Source: the human T2T-CHM13v2.0 reference genome, Homo sapiens. Taken from it: DNA of 64,000 nucleotides. Position 1 is the first letter of the stretch. Each line of letters starts with the position of its first letter. Below, one piece after another: positions 28,330-43,419 of the stretch. A program made the position numbers and the translations under genes. The DNA is taken from the NCBI RefSeq assembly GCF_009914755.1, contig NC_060930.1. One strand, 5' to 3'. Under the pieces are notes generated by a model, which made no database searches, was not told the origin of the DNA, and saw only the letters and a program-made list of their open reading frames with translations.

Positions 28330-28762
28330 CCATTTTATTTTGGTTTGTTTTATTCAAAGGGCCAAATTACAAAGTGTGAAGGGGGAATAGTGGAACCATA
28401 AGACATAGCCAGGGAACTTGGAGTGAGCAAGAGCAGAGCTGCTATTGATCCCAGGCCCAGAGGAAATCAGGGAGGGAGAGCTTACTGGAATGCAAAGGAA
28501 GAGTCCTGTAGAGAATAATATATTGATAGGAGCAATGACCCTGGGAGAACACAGGTAACCTCAGAGGAGCTTAGGGAGGGAACTAGGGAAATTAGCACTC
28601 TGATATTCTTGTTTTCTCCTGTTTCTACTGGGATTCCCCATTGTTTAAAACAAACCAGAAGCCTGAGGATGCAGGAGCAGTGTGATGCTGCCCACGCTGG
28701 TCATTCTTTCAGGACAGAGCAGAATGGAAAAGGACAGGAACAAATGGGAAGTATTCTGTGCA
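28330..28762. mobile_element. Old ERVL-class solo LTR (LTR33-like)
   Basis: Text aaaccagaagcctgagg...ggacagagcagaatggaaaagg resembles the LTR33 terminus; family from recall only. Confidence 0.45.
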
Positions 28763-28956
28763 GTATCTGAATTAAAATGTGGGTACTGCAAAGAAGATAG
28801 GAGAGGACAATAAATGCTGGAGAGACAGCCAATCAATGCTGCCTACAGACCAGAAGTGTTTGACTCACTAATCTTACCTAGAGGCCTTCAGATAATTATG
28901 ACACCACTTAGTATTCCAAAAAATAATACAAAACAAAAAGCCTTTTAAGTATAATG

Positions 28957-28994
<38 letters not shown>

Positions 28995-29004
28995 CATCTA
29001 TCTA
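28957..29004 (+). repeat. (TCTA)9 TCCA (TCTA)2 tetranucleotide STR
   Basis: Seen directly. Confidence 0.95.
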
Positions 29005-29699
29005 AATATTCTCCTACCTCAGTGGTGAGAAGCATAGACAAACTATTTATCTTAATTAACCATATTGATTGTCATCAGCTATATCAGCAGTTACAGAAAG
29101 GATATTAACTAATGATGGGTCATATTGCTTAACTTCTAGGACAGCTTCATGGCTGAAAATGTTCTGTATGTGAAAGATGATCATGTGGATGATAGAGAAT
29201 TTATATTCTCTCTTTCTTGAAGATCAAATAAGAGAAAAATGAGTTTACTAAGCAGGAAATATTTTGATAAAATAGAGGTAGACATTCTTGATAATAGGAT
29301 ACATTAAACCCTAAAAGGTTTTTTTTTTTCTCCTGATTATCTTTGAGCACCATTTTGCAATTTCTCTGCCTATGTTCTAAAATCCATCTGGCAACCAACG
29401 GGGCCTAAAATGGATATAATTAATTTCGGCTCCCCAAGCACAGAATTGCTATGTGTCCCGGGGGGGTCCCACTGTGACAACTGCTGTGGTTGTAGGGGCA
29501 GTGGACTTCATTCCATCTCCATCCAGAGCTAGCCTTGGGCAATTCAGATGGCCAAGCCATTACACTGCAGAGCAGGGTCCTCAGCTGCCTCCTTCATTCA
29601 CTTCATGTGTCATGATAGGGACAAAAGCATAAAATGATAGGCTAGACCAGCAAATGCAGGTCTCAAAATCCAGGCAGATATGCCGAGTTAGGGTATACA

Positions 29700-30530
29700 A
29701 CATTCGTTCAGTCACTCAATATTTATTGAGTACCTACTACATATGGGCCAGGCAATGTTTTTTGGTGCTTTCTAGAGCAGTGCACGGGAGAAAAAAAAAA
29801 GAACGAAAGAAAGAAAACTTTGCATTCATAAAGTTTATCTTCTAGTGGAAAATGTAGACAGCAAACAATGTCTATACAAATATATACCATATTGGATAAT
29901 AATGGCTGCTAGGGAGAAAAAATATAGCAGAGAAGAGACAAAAGATGTGTCAAGTCAATGGCTGAAATTTTAGTGTAATTTCTGAAAATAGTCCTGAAAA
30001 AAGTAAATGAGGATGTCGTAAGGAGGATAGCTGGGGAAAACATTCTGGGGAGAGCAAAGAGCAAGGGTGAAGGCCCTGAGGTTGAAAATTCCTTGCTCTA
30101 TTTAAGGAATGGGAAGGAAGCTAGAGTAGCCAGAATGGAGTGGATGAGGGGGAGATGAAGTCATAGAAATGATGGTGGTGGTGAAGCATAAACTGTATAA
30201 GCCTGGTAGGTCATTATAGGGAATTTGCCATTATTCCAAGAGAGGTGGGAATCCCCTGGATAGCCCTGAACCCAAGAATGACATGAAGTGACTTGTGTTT
30301 GCAGGAGATAACTGACTACTGTGTTGAGAATAGATGGACAGATTCAAGTCAGAAGGAGAGAGACCAATTAAGAGTCCATTGCTGCAACACAGTGAGAGAG
30401 GATGGTGGCTTGGAAGAGGGTGGTGGTGATGAAGGTGGTGAGAAGTGATCAAATTCTAATATGTTTGGGAACTTGTAAGATTTATTCACAGTCTGGATGT
30501 GAATAAAGATAGAAAAATCATCAGGATGTT
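29700..30530 (-). mobile_element. L2 fragment
   Basis: cattcgttcagtcactcaatatttattgagtacctactac is the antisense L2 3' end, followed by L2 body. Confidence 0.75.
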
Positions 30531-31589
30531 AAGATCAGTGGAATGTTTCCGAAGATTTCTCACGAAAAAATTGGAGTTCTAACAGGTCTGAAATTAAAAG
30601 GGCATCATTCTCATAGGGTAAGTTCCAAGTGAAATTCTGGGCCAATCAAAATGTGCAGAATAACAAAGATTCTAAGCCCAGGATAAGATCCAGAGTGAAT
30701 CAAGGTGATGTAAGAATGGCTGAGAAAGTGATTGGCAATTCTATATCAGATGATCGGCACATCTCCAGGCAAGAAGGCATTAGGCATATCTAAGAACATG
30801 CATCATGGTAATTTTGACTGTGGCAAATGTGGAGTATTAGGCAGTAGTTTGGTCATTGTGGAAAAAGACAGCCACTCATTGGTTCAGAGAAGGGTCTAGT
30901 TACAGAGAATTAAGGCTAGATCTGGGCTGGCAGCATAACCAATATGCTGCTTAGCTACTGAGCTACAGCCCTACGGTCCTCTTTATATTGCTTTAGCTAA
31001 TCAAGGTCTGATATTAGAGGCCGGGGCTGGGCTGAAACCTAATGGGAAGTATAGCGGGTTAAATGACAGGAAGCCAGGCAAGCTAAGAGCCAGAAGCAAT
31101 GCACCTGGAAGTCTTATTCTCTTGAAGACTTCAAATACTAACAGAACAGGAAGGTCAGTAATAATGACAGAGGCATTTTTATCCTTCTGGGGCTCCTACA
31201 GCCTCTACTGCTTCGGCTGCTGCCCCAAGGACTTTCTGATGGTGCATCAGTCTGCGTATACTAGAGGTGGCTCCCGGGACTTCTTTAGACTGGGTTCCTG
31301 CTACTCCTGGCTGTTATTGGGTTAAAGAAAAGAAGTAACTTTCCAGATAGAGATATGTAAATTGCAAAAAGCATGGAAGTAAGAAATTATTTGGCATGTG
31401 TAGAAATGATGAGGAGTCATATTTTGTTGAAATAGGGGACTGGCAAAAGCTGAATCCAGGAAGAATGGCTTTTAAGACCAGGGTGATTCATCTCTATGTG
31501 GAGTCATTAATGATTCGTGAGGAAAGAAGTAACAGCATGGGTGCTGCATTTGAAAAAGCTTTATGCAACCTCAGGGAAAGGATGGATTT

Positions 31590-31971
31590 GTCTGCTACGG
31601 CTGCCAGAGCAAAATACCTGACACTGAGTGGCTGAAACTACAGAAATTTATTGTCTCACAGTTCTGGAGGCTGGAAGCCTGAAACCGAGGAACTACCAGC
31701 ATTGGTTTCTACGAAGGCCTCTCTCCTTGGCTTGCAGGTGGGTGGTAGCCTTCTCACTGTGTCTTCACATGGCCTTTTCTCTGTGCCTGAGCATCCCCGG
31801 TGTCTCTATGTCTCCTCATAAGGACACCAGTCATTTTGGATTAATGTCCCCATCCTTATAACTTCACTTAACCTTCATTACCTTTGTGAAGACCCTATCT
31901 CCAAATATAGTCACATTGAAGGTTAGGACTTCAACATATGAATTTAGGGGGCACACAATCAATCCAAAACA
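31590..31971 (-). mobile_element. MLT1B/C MaLR solo LTR
   Basis: Text cagaaatttattgtctcacagttctggaggctggaag...ggttaggacttcaacatatgaattt. Confidence 0.85.
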
Positions 31972-32854
31972 GAAGGCCATGAAAGCAAAGCCAAGAATAT
32001 TGTTATCAGTTTACTGCGGGGAGGAAATTGGGATCTGAACTAAGCTGATCATAGTGGAAAGGAAAAGAAGGTGGCTCTGAAAGACATTTCATAGGTAAAA
32101 GCTATAATGACTGAGCAGCTGATTGAATGTAGAAGCCAAGAAAGAGAAATCAATCATAAATCGTAAGTATTCAACCTGGGTAGCAAGGAGAAAGATATTG
32201 ACCTTAAACAAACATGGGTTCTTTTTCTATGTGTATTTGCGTCTTTCACTTTGTCCTTCATTTATTTTCTCTAGATACCACACTTCCACCCTAATTTATT
32301 TCTCTATTTCTATCTCCTCCAAATTGCTACTGCAGCAGAAATTCTGACATTCTCCACTTGGTTAATCTTCCTTAAGACAATTCCAGGAAACAAATCTCCA
32401 TATAAATAAATCCAACATATCACTTCTACTGTGCCCTGTTCTGTCCCTCTTCCTACGTTCTCAGGCAGTGCAGTTATTTCTTTTTGATTGCTTTATCTGT
32501 TTACTAGTTCCTCTGCTGCTCTTGGTTAATATTCCTCCCTCCTATTTCTGTTGTCATTTTTTATTCAGTCTCAGCTATTGCCAAAACCATCATGTCCAAG
32601 TTATTACTTGATGATTTACATATAAAGAAACCATTTTAAAGGTAGTTTATTATCAAGGAGGGAAACGCAGTACAAATAAAAAGAACCACTTTATAAATGA
32701 TCTGTTGTACTTTTGGAACTCAGTCTCCCGAAATAGTACTGACTAAAATATGGTAGGTTACACAAACTCAGAAATGAGGGACCCCACATAGAAGATTATG
32801 AAAGAGGTGGATTAGACAAATTTATGGACAGTTGTTAAAAAAACAGGTTATAAT

Positions 32855-34528
<1,674 letters not shown>

Positions 34529-34639
34529 AAAATAGATTATAATGGAAATTGTATTATTTGAAGATATTTTCCTCTACATTTTCTGACTTATGTGTTAGCA
34601 ATGCTTTCCAAATGTTATATCTAAATTATCCAAGGAAAA

Positions 34640-35620
34640 CAAAAGATAAAATTAAGAAATGGGCAAGGGACCTGAATAGACATTTTTCAAAAGAAGACAT
34701 ACAAATATATCTAGCCAACAGATATATGAAAAAATGCTCCACACCACTAATCATTACAGAGATGCAAATTACAACCACAATGAGATATTATCTCACACCT
34801 GTTGAATAGCTATATCAAAAGGACAAAAGATAACAAGTGTTGCCAAAGATGTGGAGAAGAGGGAACCTATGTACACTGTTGGTGGAGATGTAAATTAGTA
34901 CAGCCATTATGGAAAAAAGTATGGAGGCTCTTCAAAAACCTAAAAGTAGAATTACCATATTATTCGATAATCCCACTTTCGGGTATTTACCCAAAAGACT
35001 TGAAATCTATATGTTTAAGAGATGTCTGCACTCCCATGTTTATTGTAATACCATTCACCATGTTCAAGTTATGGAATCAATCTAAGCATCTATCAACAGA
35101 TAAACCAATAAACAAAATGTGGTGTATATACACAATAGAATACTAGTTATCCTTCAGAAATGAAGAAATCCTGTCATTTGTGACAACATGGATGGAAGTA
35201 GAGAATATTACACTGATTGAAATAAGCCAAACACAGAAAGACAAATACTGCGTGTTCTCACTTATTTGCGAGATCTAAAACAATTGAACTCATAGAAGTA
35301 CAGAGTAGAATGGTGGTTATCAGAGGCTAGGAGATAATAGTCAAAGGGTAAAAATCTTCAGTTACATAGGAGGGATAGTCTGATATTTTGGAAGTACATT
35401 CCACAGTATGGTGAATATAGTTGATAATTGAGTATTGTACATTTTGACATTGCTAAGAGAGTAAATTTCAAACGTTCTCATCACAAAAATGTTAAATATT
35501 TGCAGAGACGGATGTGTTAATTAGCTTGATTTAATCATCTCATATTATATGAAAAATTATAACCTTACTTTTTACCCCATAAACATATATAACTAGAATT
35601 TGTCAATATAAAAAATAAGA
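34640..35620 (+). mobile_element. L1MA-type 3' fragment
   Basis: ORF2 end ([14 protein letters not shown]; HCWW.CKLVQPLW) and an L1MA-type 3' UTR ending at about 35620. Confidence 0.85.
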
Positions 35621-35739
35621 GTATATTTGGGTTGAAGCACATGTAAGGCTAGTGGAGTGAATGTGCATGAACTGACTATCACATTTTCTTTGCTATAAAT
35701 TGTATCCTATGATCAGAGGTGATATGTGGTATACTATCA

Positions 35740-36093
35740 TGTCTTAGTCTGTTTGGGCTGTTATAACAAACTATTATAAACCAGGAGTCTTACAAACAAC
35801 AAAAACTTATTTCTCATAGTTCTGGAGGGGAGGAGATCTAAACACCCGTAGATTCAGTGTCTAGTGAGGGCCCCTTTTCTGGCTCAGAGATGGCACCTCC
35901 TCACTGTGTCCTCACATGATGGTAGGGACAAGGCAGCTCTTGGGGCTCCTTTTATAAGTCACTAATCTCACCCATTAGAGCACTGCTCTCATAATTTAAT
36001 CACTTCTCAAAGGCCTCACCTCCTAATATGATCACATTGGTGATTAGGTTTCAATATATGAATTTGGAAGGGACAAGAACATTCAGACCACAG
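35740..36093 (-). mobile_element. MLT1A/MSTD-type MaLR solo LTR
   Basis: Text tgtcttagtctgtttgggctgttataacaaa...aacattcagaccacag. Confidence 0.85.
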
Positions 36094-36578
36094 GAGATGG
36101 TACAGACAATCTTAACATTGATGAATGGAGGAGACACTAATGAAGTTAATGAGTGAGGAGGCAAATCTTGACATAAATTTTGCTTCCATTCCTATATGTA
36201 TAGATAAATCACTGTCCTCTGTATGATGGAAGAATCCAGTAGGTGGCTGGCTGTATTGAGTCACAGTTAGTTGTTGCTGTTTGCAGACTGGGTACCTAGC
36301 AGTTGTAGCAGACAGGTCAGCCTTAGTGATGGGAAGTCCATGTTTTTGAGTTCATGCCTAGGCTGCATCTATGTCACATGGTCACTTTGCACATAGGCCC
36401 TATCAGCAGCACAGGGCATGGGAAAAAGACTGACTCACATCCATTGAGAAGTAATCTTGTCTACCTTATTACTGAGAATTTTCTCCACCTCGGTGTGCCC
36501 TTGGTAAGCATTAGGTGGAAAACAAATACTTTCATATTTCATACTTTCTTCTTTTTACAAAGCCTCCAACTAACTAAA

Positions 36579-36646
36579 TATATATATATATATATAGTTA
36601 GTTATATATATACACACACACATACATATATATACACACATATATA
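36579..36646 (+). repeat. Compound (TA)n/(CA)n microsatellite
   Basis: Seen directly. Confidence 0.85.
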
Positions 36647-37203
36647 GTTCCCCTCCAAACCACTATATAGTTCTCCTCCAAATTTTCTTATAATCAATTT
36701 TCTAATTTTCTTCTTTTCAAGTCCCTCTTCAGGTGACAAACCTGCTAGTTTGTCCAAGAGTCATGGTAGATCAATAGCTCAGGTCCTCTCTTCTTCTACA
36801 CAAAGTGAACTATCATCTGTAACACTTGAAAGCCTGCCAGCCGGGAGGACTTTCCATCACTACTATTTTTCCAGAGGCATCTCTGTGTGAGCTTTAGTAC
36901 ATCAGCTGCTCACTTTCAACTGGGCTGGCACAGCAGGAATTCATCTTTGTATGAGACCCAAGATTTTCTTGTAACTTTTCATAGGAAATTCCCCAGGAAG
37001 TCCTCGGTTTGGGACAAGGGTGAGGCAGCAAAGTAGTAAACTGAGAGTCTGCGCTTCATGCAATGCATTTGCCTTCCAGACACCCTGGGGCCAGCCCTCA
37101 TGGATACCACTTCCGCTTTACAATGTAATTTTGCTGTGTATACTCAAGTTTATGGTTTCATGGTCAGTTCAAAACATGAAACACAGGTCGCATGGTAACT
37201 CAT

Positions 37204-37655
37204 TGTATTAGTTTCCTAGGGCTGCCAGAACAAAGTACAACAAACTGGGAGGCTTAAAACGACAGAACTTTTTTCTCCCATAATCTGGAACCTAGAGGTT
37301 CCAAATCAAGGTGTTGGCAGGGCCATACTCTCCCTGAAGGCTCTAGAGGTGAATTTGGTCCTTGGCTTTCTCTTGGCTTCCAGTGTCGCTGCCAATCCTT
37401 GGTGTTCCTTGACTTGTGGACCCATCACTCCAATCTGCCTCCGTTGTCACATGACATTCTACATTCTCCTCGTGTGTCTGGCTTTGTGTCTTCTTCTTTT
37501 CTTGTAAGGACACCCATCACAGTGGGTTAAGGGCCCACCATATTCCAGTATCATCTCAAGTAAGTACATCTGCAATGACCCTACTTTCAAATAAGGTTGT
37601 TCTGAGGTTGCAGGAGGGATATGAATTTTAAGGGGACACCATTCAACCCAGTATA
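37204..37655 (-). mobile_element. MLT1C/D MaLR solo LTR
   Basis: Text tgtattagtttcctagggctgcc...ggggacaccattcaacccagtata. Confidence 0.85.
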
Positions 37656-37731
37656 CCTATGGTCCCATGGTTGGGTGTTCAGACTCCACCAAAGCCAAAA
37701 ATCCTTCTTTTCTAATGAAGAATGGTGGTTT

Positions 37732-38026
37732 GGCTGAACGCGGTGGCTCACGTCTGTAAATCCTAGCCCTCAGGGAGGCTGAGGCAGGTGGATCACTTAA
37801 GGCCAGGAGTTCAAGACCAGCCTGGCCAACATGGTGAAACCCCCTCTCTACTAAACATACAAAAAATTAGCCAGGCGTGGTGGCACCTACCTGTAAACCC
37901 AGCTACTCTGGAGGCTGAGGCACCAGAATCACTTTAACCCAAGAGGTGGAGGTTGAAGTGAGCTGAGATTGTACCACTGCACTCCAGCTGGGTGACAGAG
38001 CAAGACTCTATGGAAAAAAAAAAAAA
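37732..38026 (+). mobile_element. AluS
   Basis: TSD atggtggttt; inserted in the ERVL pol fossil. Confidence 0.94.
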
Positions 38027-39230
38027 GGATGGTGGTTTGCAGAAGAGGGCAAGACGACCTTGCTCCCCAAATCCCAAGGGTCTGCACTATTATTCTTTTA
38101 ATGGGACTATTCAGAGGCTTTATACATCTGTCTGCCCCAGAGACTTCTGCTACCTGCTGCATCATAAGGCCCAAGGGTCAGGATGGCTGCCAGAGCCCAG
38201 ACCTGCTGCAGAGCCTTTTCTTCCTCTGAGCCCTATTCAAAACTAGTAGCTTTATCAATTACAGTAAATGGACTAGAACAACTTGATCAAAGCTGGTATT
38301 GTTACCTCCAAAATCCCAGGAAGCTCAACACATATCACACTTCTTGTTCCACAGTGAGCTGTGCAAGGCACAGCAACAATCCTGTTACTCTAGAAGGGAT
38401 ATTACCATGTTTCATATCACTGGGCCCCTAGCAATGTAACAAGAGAGTTAGGCTGCTGAACTTACAGAACATTTATTTTTTATCTGAGTATGTAATGTTT
38501 TTATTTATGGATGTAATAACTTAAATCACTCTTAGAATATTAATCTGGCTTCCTCTATTGGTTTCCTCTAAGAACAATTTTGTTTGTTTATTAATGTATG
38601 TCTGTCTTTCCCCTTTAAACAGCCAATTATTCTCATACAGCTGCCAATTCTTGAGTATCTGTTTACACTTAAGAAAGAGGACAGGAGAAGGGTGTGGGTT
38701 TTCTTTCTGTGATACATAAATGTCTTTATTCTTTTTCTCTTTTTGCTAATTAAGAATTTCTAATTAAGTCCTGTGTGGGGAAGGGGTGGGCTATGTGTTA
38801 TTCAATAGGCATCACTTTTGTTGAGTGATTATCTAGTTGCAGATTAGCAGATTGAAGAGAACTTTCCTCTTGGGCATCAACATTGACAATAGAAGCCTTA
38901 GTCTCCTCCAGAAAGCTCATTAAAATTATTTAGGAGGAGTTCTAGGATTTGCTTCTCCCCATCCCACCCTCCTTAAATCTTAGGCAAGCTGAGACAGTTA
39001 ATCGTCTTAGTTAGGGCACCTATATTGGCACAATCAGGTGGGGAAAAGGTATAGGAGTACCACCTGGAGTATTTGTTGTGTATACACGTCTTCAATTAAC
39101 TTCTTTTCAGCATTACTTCTCATTCCCACTCTGCTTATCTTCCTGACTTTGAGGTAGGGTTCCTAGTTTGCTCTATAGAAACCAAGTTGGGTATTCGTGA
39201 CTGTGGCTTTCTTAGCTGGTTTCATCCTTA

Positions 39231-39266
39231 CACGTGCGCACGCACACATACACACACACACACACA
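39231..39266 (+). repeat. (CG/CA)n alternating purine-pyrimidine tract
   Basis: cacgtgcgcacgcacacatacacacacacacacaca. Confidence 0.85.
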
Positions 39267-40059
39267 ATTCCTAAACTCTCCCGGAAATCTGTTGTAGTCT
39301 CTCCCCTTCTCAAGGTATTAATTCCTAATATATGTCTCATTTTGTGGTTATTCCTTTTTTGTGTTTCTATTCTTTGATTTCACTGTGATGTCAGAAAGGA
39401 TGGGGGCTCACGAATATGCTCTCTTGAAGCAGGTATTTCTTTTTCTTTTTATTAACAAGATTCTATTTGTGGCTTTCTACATTTTTATAATAAAACATTT
39501 TTAAACAAATATAGAAGTAGAGAGAACTCCCATATGCCCATTATCTAATTTTAACAATCTTCAAGACTTTGCTATATTTGTTTCATCCATACTTAAAAGT
39601 TTTTTCATTTGACAAATCATTTTTAGGCAAATTGTAGACATCAAGTTATTTCACCCTTACACAGATCAGTATGCATCTCTAAAAATGACATTTTCTTATA
39701 TAACTGCAGTACTATTATCAGTAACAAAATTAGCAATAGCATTTTGATGCATCTAATATTCAATCTATAATTAAATATTCATCATTGTTCGAAAATGCTT
39801 TTTACAGTGATTTTAACGTGGGATCAAACATGGTTGAATTATGCATTTGGTTGTTAAATCTCTTTAGTATAAAGCAGTTGTCCTTTTCCCTCTTATTTTT
39901 CCTGCCATTGATTTCTTACTGAAACTGGATCAATTGTCTTGCATAATGTCTGAAGGCATCAGTCAGCGCTCTCCAGAGAAACTGAACCAATAATCAATCA
40001 GCAGGGTCTTACTTTCACCCACTCTGTGACTGTCAACCTTTTAACTGGAAGGTTTAGAG

Positions 40060-40310
40060 CTTTACTGTCCAATACAGTAGCTATTAGCTACTTGAAATGT
40101 GCTTAGTCCAAATTGCTATACACTTGTAAAAATACATACTGGATTTCAAAGATGTTCCAAAAGAAAGAATGCAATATTTTTCATTAATAATTTTTAGATT
40201 GATTGCATGTTTAAACAATATCTGGATATATCAGCATCTTTTTATTTGTTTAATATGGCTAAAATTTTTTAAATGGTAAAATGACTTACTATATTCCTAT
40301 TAGCAGTACT
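40060..40310. mobile_element. MER33-like hAT-Charlie DNA transposon relic
   Basis: Text ctgtccaatacagtagctattagctac...catactggatttcaaaga. Confidence 0.65.
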
Positions 40311-40759
40311 ATTTTATAACATTAACTCTTAATGCAATTACTTATATAGTTTCACTGAAGTCTACTATTTTGTTATTTGTTTTCTACTTGTTCCCCTCTG
40401 TTTTTAAATTCTCAGTTCAGTATTTTTCATAGTCCTCAGGTAGGCTTTTCTTTGGTGCTTTGGGGAGTGGATTTTCCAAGAGTTTTTAGTTGTAACTAGC
40501 AGAAAGGATGCGCTGCAGTGGACTTACGTGCCCTTAAGAGAACTGAAACTAGTCTAATTACATTTGAAAGTAAGAATGCTGCTAGTTCTACTTTTACTTA
40601 TTTTAATTTACTGAGATTGTTATTGTGGTTTAATGTAAGGTCAATTGCCTTTAATGTTCCACAGGAGTTTAAAAAGTAAGGTAATTCTCTATTTTTAAGG
40701 TCTAGTTTTTGATGTGTATAGGAATTAGATTTATAATATTGATTTTTTTTTTTTTTTAC

Positions 40760-41155
40760 ATATGGCTGGTGGCAGAAACTGCCCTTCAAACCTATTTCCT
40801 CTTATTTTTGAGCACTCAACAAGAAGCCTCATTTGCAATGAAATAAGGACTATGTGATTGAGTTTGGACCAATGGAATATGGGCAAAAAATGATGTACCC
40901 CACTTCCTGGCCTGGACCCTAGAACCTCCTATACAACCATCCATGATCTCTTTCCCCTTTGCCAGTTGAGTGAAGGTGACAAGGTTCCAGATGATGGTGG
41001 GACAACGTGATGATAGAGCATGCATCCCTGAATGACTGCATAGAGCAGTCTTCCTCTCCCCACTAATGTGCATTGGACAGCAATTAGAGTGATCAATAAG
41101 CTGAGCTTTGGAGGTAGCTAGTAAAATAGCTGGAGTTTCTTACCCTAGCTAACAT
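40760..41155 (+). mobile_element. Old MLT1 (H/I/J-like) LTR
   Basis: Text gagtttggaccaatggaatatgggcaaaaaatgatgtaccccacttcctggcctgg. Confidence 0.6.
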
Positions 41156-41173
41156 AGAACTCTACTATCCTAT

Positions 41174-41502
41174 TGATATGGTTTGGTTATGTGTCCCGAC
41201 TGAAATCTCATGTGGAATTTTAATCCCCATGTGTCAAGGGAGTGACCTAGTAAGAGGTAATTGGATTATAGGGGAAGATTTTCTCATGCTGTTCTTGTAA
41301 ATTGTCAGTTTCCCCTGCATTCTCTCTCTCTCCTGCCACCATGTAAGACATGCCTTGCTTCCCCTTCGCATTCTGGCGTGATTGTAAGTTTCCTGAGGCC
41401 TCCCCAGATATGAAGAACAGTGAGTCAATTAAACCTCTTTTCTTTATAAACTACCCAGTCTCAGGGAGTATCTTTACAGCACTTTGAAAATGGATTAATA
41501 CA
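41174..41502 (+). mobile_element. THE1/MST MaLR solo LTR
   Basis: Runs tgatatggtttgg...ggattaataca; perfect 5-bp TSD cctat at 41169-41173 and 41503-41507. Confidence 0.92.
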
Positions 41503-41506
41503 CCTA

Positions 41507-41790
41507 TGTAATGGGTTGAATGGTGACCCTCCCTTCTCCATCCACTACAAAAACATGTCCACCTGGAATCTGTGAATGTAACCTGATTTGGGAGAGAAAA
41601 AAAAAGGTTTTATTCAGATGTAATTAAGTTTAGGATCTTGAAATGAGGGCATCCTGGATTATTGAGGTGGGCTCTAAATCCAACCACAAGTGTCCCTCTA
41701 AGAAGGGGAGAAAACATGGAACCACAGAGAAAAAGGTGATTAAGGAAGGAGGCAGAGGTCGAAGTAATGTAACTACAAGGAATGCCAAGG
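41507..41790 (+). mobile_element. Truncated MLT1B/C LTR
   Basis: Text tgtaatgggttgaatggtg...cagatgtaattaagtttaggatcttgaaatgag. Confidence 0.7.
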
Positions 41791-42189
41791 CTCTTTATTT
41801 ACACTTCAAACCTACTATTCTGTACTCAGATTTGTGATCTGCAGCCTCTTAGGTGACATAGGAGCATTGTATCCCTGATAGTACTATATTTTTGTTGTTG
41901 CTTATATATGAGGTAACTATATGGGAGGAAAGTGCAGTAATTACTTTTTGAATTCAGCATATTAAAAGAACAAAGGGGAGAGATGAGATCTTCAAAATAT
42001 TTTTGAGGCTGGATCATACTGATCTAGTTAACTTTCTAGTGGTGTTTTGAAGAAGGCGTTTTATTGTTTTTTAAAAGGTTCTTTAACATTATTTGAAATA
42101 GTTAATATAAATATTAACTCTTTAACCCACTTTTCTCTAAACTCTAAATAGTTTATTTAGTTAGTTGACTAAAATTTAGATTCATTTGT

Positions 42190-43085
42190 GGCTTACACTG
42201 AATGAGGTTGAGATGCCTGAATGCCCCTGACATAAGAGGTCCTATCACTAAGGCATTGAGAAATACCTGGTGAGGTGAGTAGCAGCATCCTTGAAAAGCT
42301 CTGTGTTGGCTGTCCTTTGATGCCTGGATATGATGGTGAGAGGTGGGCTCATTGATTTTTCTCAGGATAACGGTGTGACATAATGGTGCGGCAGAGGTTA
42401 TGGCAGCTCCTAATCACCAAAGACAAGGTGAGTACACTTACCTTAGTGGATAAGAGGTTGAAAATATCAGCATATTTTGTCCTGAAGGAATCTTTGCTGG
42501 GGGCTATTTATTTGATCACAATATCCCTAGGGTTGAAATAGATTGATAGCCTACTTAAATGTTCTTGATCCAAATAACAGAAAAATATTTCTAAGTTTGG
42601 ATTCCAAATAGAAGAATTACTTTACATACAGCCTCTTAAGAAGGGAAGATGAAATTCTTTCGAGGAAGGACACTGGAGAATTAACACAAGATTATACTGT
42701 AGATCTTCTTTCCAAGACATTTTCTAGAGTCATGTGTAGAGAGGAAAAAGGATATATTTGGACTTTATACGGACTGTTGGACACTAGCTCCAAGTTGATG
42801 TAAGTGCCGAAGGATTCAAAATGCTGTTTTGTTTCATCAATCAACAGGAGGTCTATAGTGGACAGATAATGAATGGAGTTTTGTCCCAAATTTGAAGTAC
42901 ATTCGTTCATTAGTCCATCTGTGGTTAGTTCTCCATTTCTGGAATGCATAACTGGAAAAGACATATGCAGCAACTTATAGAATCCCACTTTGGCTCTCTG
43001 ACCTATGGAAGAAGGACCTTTATGGTAGGAAGGATCAAGCAGAAGCTACTGAAACTTTCTCTTCTTCAAAATAGTAAGCCCAAGA
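42190..43085 (+). mobile_element. ERVL internal gag-protease fossil
   Basis: gag-like aaggcattgagaaatacctggtgagg...gcatccttgaaaagctctgtg; degenerate protease active site ggactgttggacactagctcc (GLLDTS, from GLLDTG) at about 42771-42791. Confidence 0.7.
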
Positions 43086-43419
43086 ATTGCTTTGGATTCT
43101 GCCTTCAGACTTGAGAAATACAAGCTTGCTGAAACTTAGCACATTCCCATTTATTTTTTCAGAGATCTTGGTACTATGCCCATGTGGACCCTCCACCAAG
43201 CTTGGAGGTACCAGCACCAGCCAAGCAGGGCTCTTTACTCAGGGTTTGAGTTTTAGCTCTATGGAGCTGTTCTTTGAAACTTATAAGTTTTATAACTCCA
43301 ATCTCTTTCCTTTGCTTCCTCAGCTTTAGGAGTGGTAGCTGCTTCCTGAAGTTGCACTCCCTGTGATTCCTTGGTGTTGGTGTTCCTTTTGGCCTTTCAG
43401 TTCTTTAATACTGAATAAA

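Larger units (their letters stand above)
35631..38430 (-). mobile_element. ERVL (class III) internal pol fossil: RT end, RNase H and integrase core, interrupted by two MLT1 LTRs and an Alu
   Basis: The reverse complement aligns by eye to HERV-L pol motifs LG.QW...IPS.V...LGFWR (38300-38430), WSK.LPSSA..ALVE.E..TMG..VTMRP (37185-38070), KW.AA..GKSS.WA (36840-36920) and I.SD.G..F.AK (35640-35740); heavily degraded. Confidence 0.75.
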
